Assembly (NCBI RefSeq): GCF_003334315.1
Contig: NZ_QOWR01000134.1
Length of the DNA: 397 nt
Source: Escherichia coli
GTDB lineage: Bacteria > Pseudomonadota > Gammaproteobacteria > Enterobacterales > Enterobacteriaceae
Strand: one strand, 5' to 3'
A program made the position numbers and the translations under genes. The notes below the pieces were generated by a model. That model saw only the letters and a program-made list of their open reading frames with translations, ran no database searches and was not told where the DNA came from. This document shows positions 1 through 397 of this stretch, piece after piece. Every line of letters begins with the position of its first letter. Position 1 is the stretch's first letter.

Positions 1-20
1 TTATCGTGAGAGTAATTCAT
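1..20 (-). CDS. insL: IS186 transposase InsL, N-terminal fragment (first 6 codons, MNYSHD...); CDS runs off the window start
   Basis: ATG at 20..18 on the minus strand, followed by AAT TAC TCT CAC GAT = M N Y S H D, matching the recalled N-terminus of the IS186 transposase. It sits 55 nt inside the putative element end. Only 20 nt are visible. Confidence 0.55.
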
Positions 21-52
21 CGGCACGTTAAATCATATCAGGCGTAATACCA

Positions 53-75
53 CAACCCTTAAGTTAGCGCTTATG
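53..75 (-). repeat. IS186 terminal inverted repeat (about 23 bp)
   Basis: Minus-strand read 75->53 is CATAAGCGCTAACTTAAGGGTTG, matching the recalled IS186 terminal inverted repeat. The partner repeat would lie outside the window, so the inverted pairing cannot be verified here. Confidence 0.6.
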
Positions 76-96
76 GGATTACTCCCCGCACAACGG

Positions 97-249
97 CTAC
101 TTCTTCGGTTCGTAAGCGAGAACAGCCTTAAACTCAATATTACGTTCCTTCACCGTAAACTCACACAGCGAGTCTCCGACCAGAAGCGTAAATCCCAGCA
201 CCGTTAAACACAGCACTATGACTGCCGCAAGGGCATATTTCGTCAGCAT
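97..249 (-). CDS. hokE: Hok/Gef-family type I toxin, 50 aa (small membrane-damaging host-killing peptide)
   Basis: ATG at 249..247, stop TAG at 99..97. Product [50 protein letters not shown] has an N-terminal hydrophobic helix (about 178-237 in window coordinates), the conserved SLCE motif and the AYE C-terminal motif typical of Hok/Gef peptides (compare Hok ...SLCEIRY...AYES, Gef ...DLCEVHI...AYESE). It is near-identical to my recollection of E. coli HokE. A GGAGG ribosome-binding site lies 10 nt upstream. Confidence 0.85.
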   Translation of the reverse strand: MLTKYALAAVIVLCLTVLGFTLLVGDSLCEFTVKERNIEFKAVLAYEPKK

Positions 250-285
250 GTTTATATTGCCTCCATGCGAAGAAGGGACTACCAT
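97..285 (-). CDS. Possible mok-like (modulation of killing) reading frame: in-frame N-terminal extension of hok from ATG at 285 (62 aa)
   Basis: In-frame ATG at 285..283 lies 12 codons upstream of the hok start. In hok/sok loci, translation of an overlapping upstream mok frame is required for hok translation and is the target of Sok. No ATG-initiated ORF exists in the other two frames of the leader (M P R V stop at 361; M E A I stop at 266). No clear ribosome-binding site precedes the 285 ATG, so this is weak. Confidence 0.25.
   Translation of the reverse strand: MVVPSSHGGNINMLTKYALAAVIVLCLTVLGFTLLVGDSLCEFTVKERNIEFKAVLAYEPKK
257..285 (+). promoter_or_regulatory. Candidate sigma70 promoter for the Sok-like RNA (-35 TTGCCT at 257-262, 17-bp spacer, -10 TACCAT at 280-285)
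   Basis: Hexamers match the consensus at 4/6 (TTGACA) and 4/6 (TATAAT, with A2 and T6 retained) with optimal 17-bp spacing. The predicted start near 292-294 is consistent with an antisense RNA covering the mok-like initiation region. Sequence-only prediction. Confidence 0.3.
260..264 (-). promoter_or_regulatory. Shine-Dalgarno sequence (GGAGG) for hok
   Basis: Plus-strand CCTCC at 260-264 is GGAGG on the minus strand, with a 10-nt spacer (CAATATAAAC) to the hok ATG at 249. Confidence 0.7.
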
Positions 286-293
286 CCAAATTG

Positions 294-352
294 TTCGGGT
301 TTGGAGTGGCAGCCCCAGGGTGTACTGACCCCAAAAAGTTGGACAGTTAAAC
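294..352 (+). ncRNA. sokE: Putative Sok-like antisense RNA (antitoxin of the type I TA system); boundaries approximate
   Basis: Position is inferred from hok/sok architecture: Sok is transcribed antisense to the hok mRNA leader and covers the mok translation-initiation region, here just upstream of the ATG at 285. A candidate promoter lies at 257-285 on the + strand. No convincing intrinsic terminator is visible, so the 3' end is uncertain. Confidence 0.4.
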
Positions 353-397
353 ACGAGGCATATAGGTCTGATTCCGATATTCAATTGGAGTCAGACC

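Larger units (their letters stand above)
1..75 (-). mobile_element. IS186 (IS4 family) terminal segment, partial; element continues beyond the window start
   Basis: Reverse complement of 1-75 reads CATAAGCGCTAACTTAAGGGTTGTGGTATTACGCCTGATATGATTTAACGTGCCGATGAATTACTCTCACGATAA. I recognise this from memory as the IS186 terminus (terminal inverted repeat) followed by the transposase start 55 nt inside the element. Exact boundary at 75 is +/- 2 nt. Confidence 0.7.

Noticed and set aside
318-336. Short hairpin GGGT-GTACTG-ACCC followed by AAAAAG as a possible terminator for the antisense RNA
   Set aside because: The stem is only 4 bp. On the + strand it is followed by an A-tract, not a U-tract, and on the minus strand the U-tract precedes the stem. 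Neither orientation is a canonical intrinsic terminator.
264-361. Out-of-frame ATGs in the leader (minus-strand ATG at 361..359 and at 266..264) as a mok frame overlapping hok in a different frame
   Set aside because: Both run into stop codons after 4 codons (M P R V stop; M E A I stop), so they cannot be an overlapping mok gene.
340-366. Plus-strand promoter-like pair TGGACA (340-345) and TATAGG (361-366) as an alternative sok promoter
   Set aside because: The spacer is only 15 nt and the -10 lacks the conserved final T. A transcript from here would start near 373 and run out of the window, missing the mok/hok initiation region that Sok must cover. Candidate 257-285 fits better, though neither has been tested.
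97-384. The 95-aa ORF from the six-frame track as a genuine protein-coding gene
   Set aside because: It starts at TTG with no ribosome-binding site. Its C-terminal 50 aa are exactly a Hok toxin with its own strong ribosome-binding site and ATG, and the N-terminal 45 aa have no recognisable features. It is better explained as the hok gene plus the upstream leader read through in frame.
1-397. A novel, previously undescribed defence or toxin system in this window
   Set aside because: Everything visible is explained by two well-known elements, a hok/sok-type type I TA locus and the end of IS186, in an arrangement already described for E. coli K-12. No unexplained ORFs, repeats or arrays remain in 397 bp.

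Overview
This window looks like a known locus rather than a new system: a hok/sok-type type I toxin-antitoxin module (closest to E. coli hokE) with the end of an IS186 insertion sequence immediately downstream. All identifications are from reading the sequence and recalling family sequences; no database search was run. Layout on the + strand: 1-75 is the terminal segment of IS186 in minus orientation, including its terminal inverted repeat and the first six codons of the transposase (MNYSHD). 76-96 is a 21-nt remnant of the hok 3' UTR. 97-249 (minus) encodes a 50-aa Hok/Gef-family toxin with a GGAGG ribosome-binding site. 250-397 is the hok mRNA leader, which carries an in-frame mok-like upstream start (ATG at 285) and, on the + strand, the expected position of a Sok-like antisense RNA. 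The 95-aa ORF in the supplied track is an over-extension of the toxin gene from a TTG codon with no ribosome-binding site. The hok promoter itself probably lies beyond the right edge of the window.
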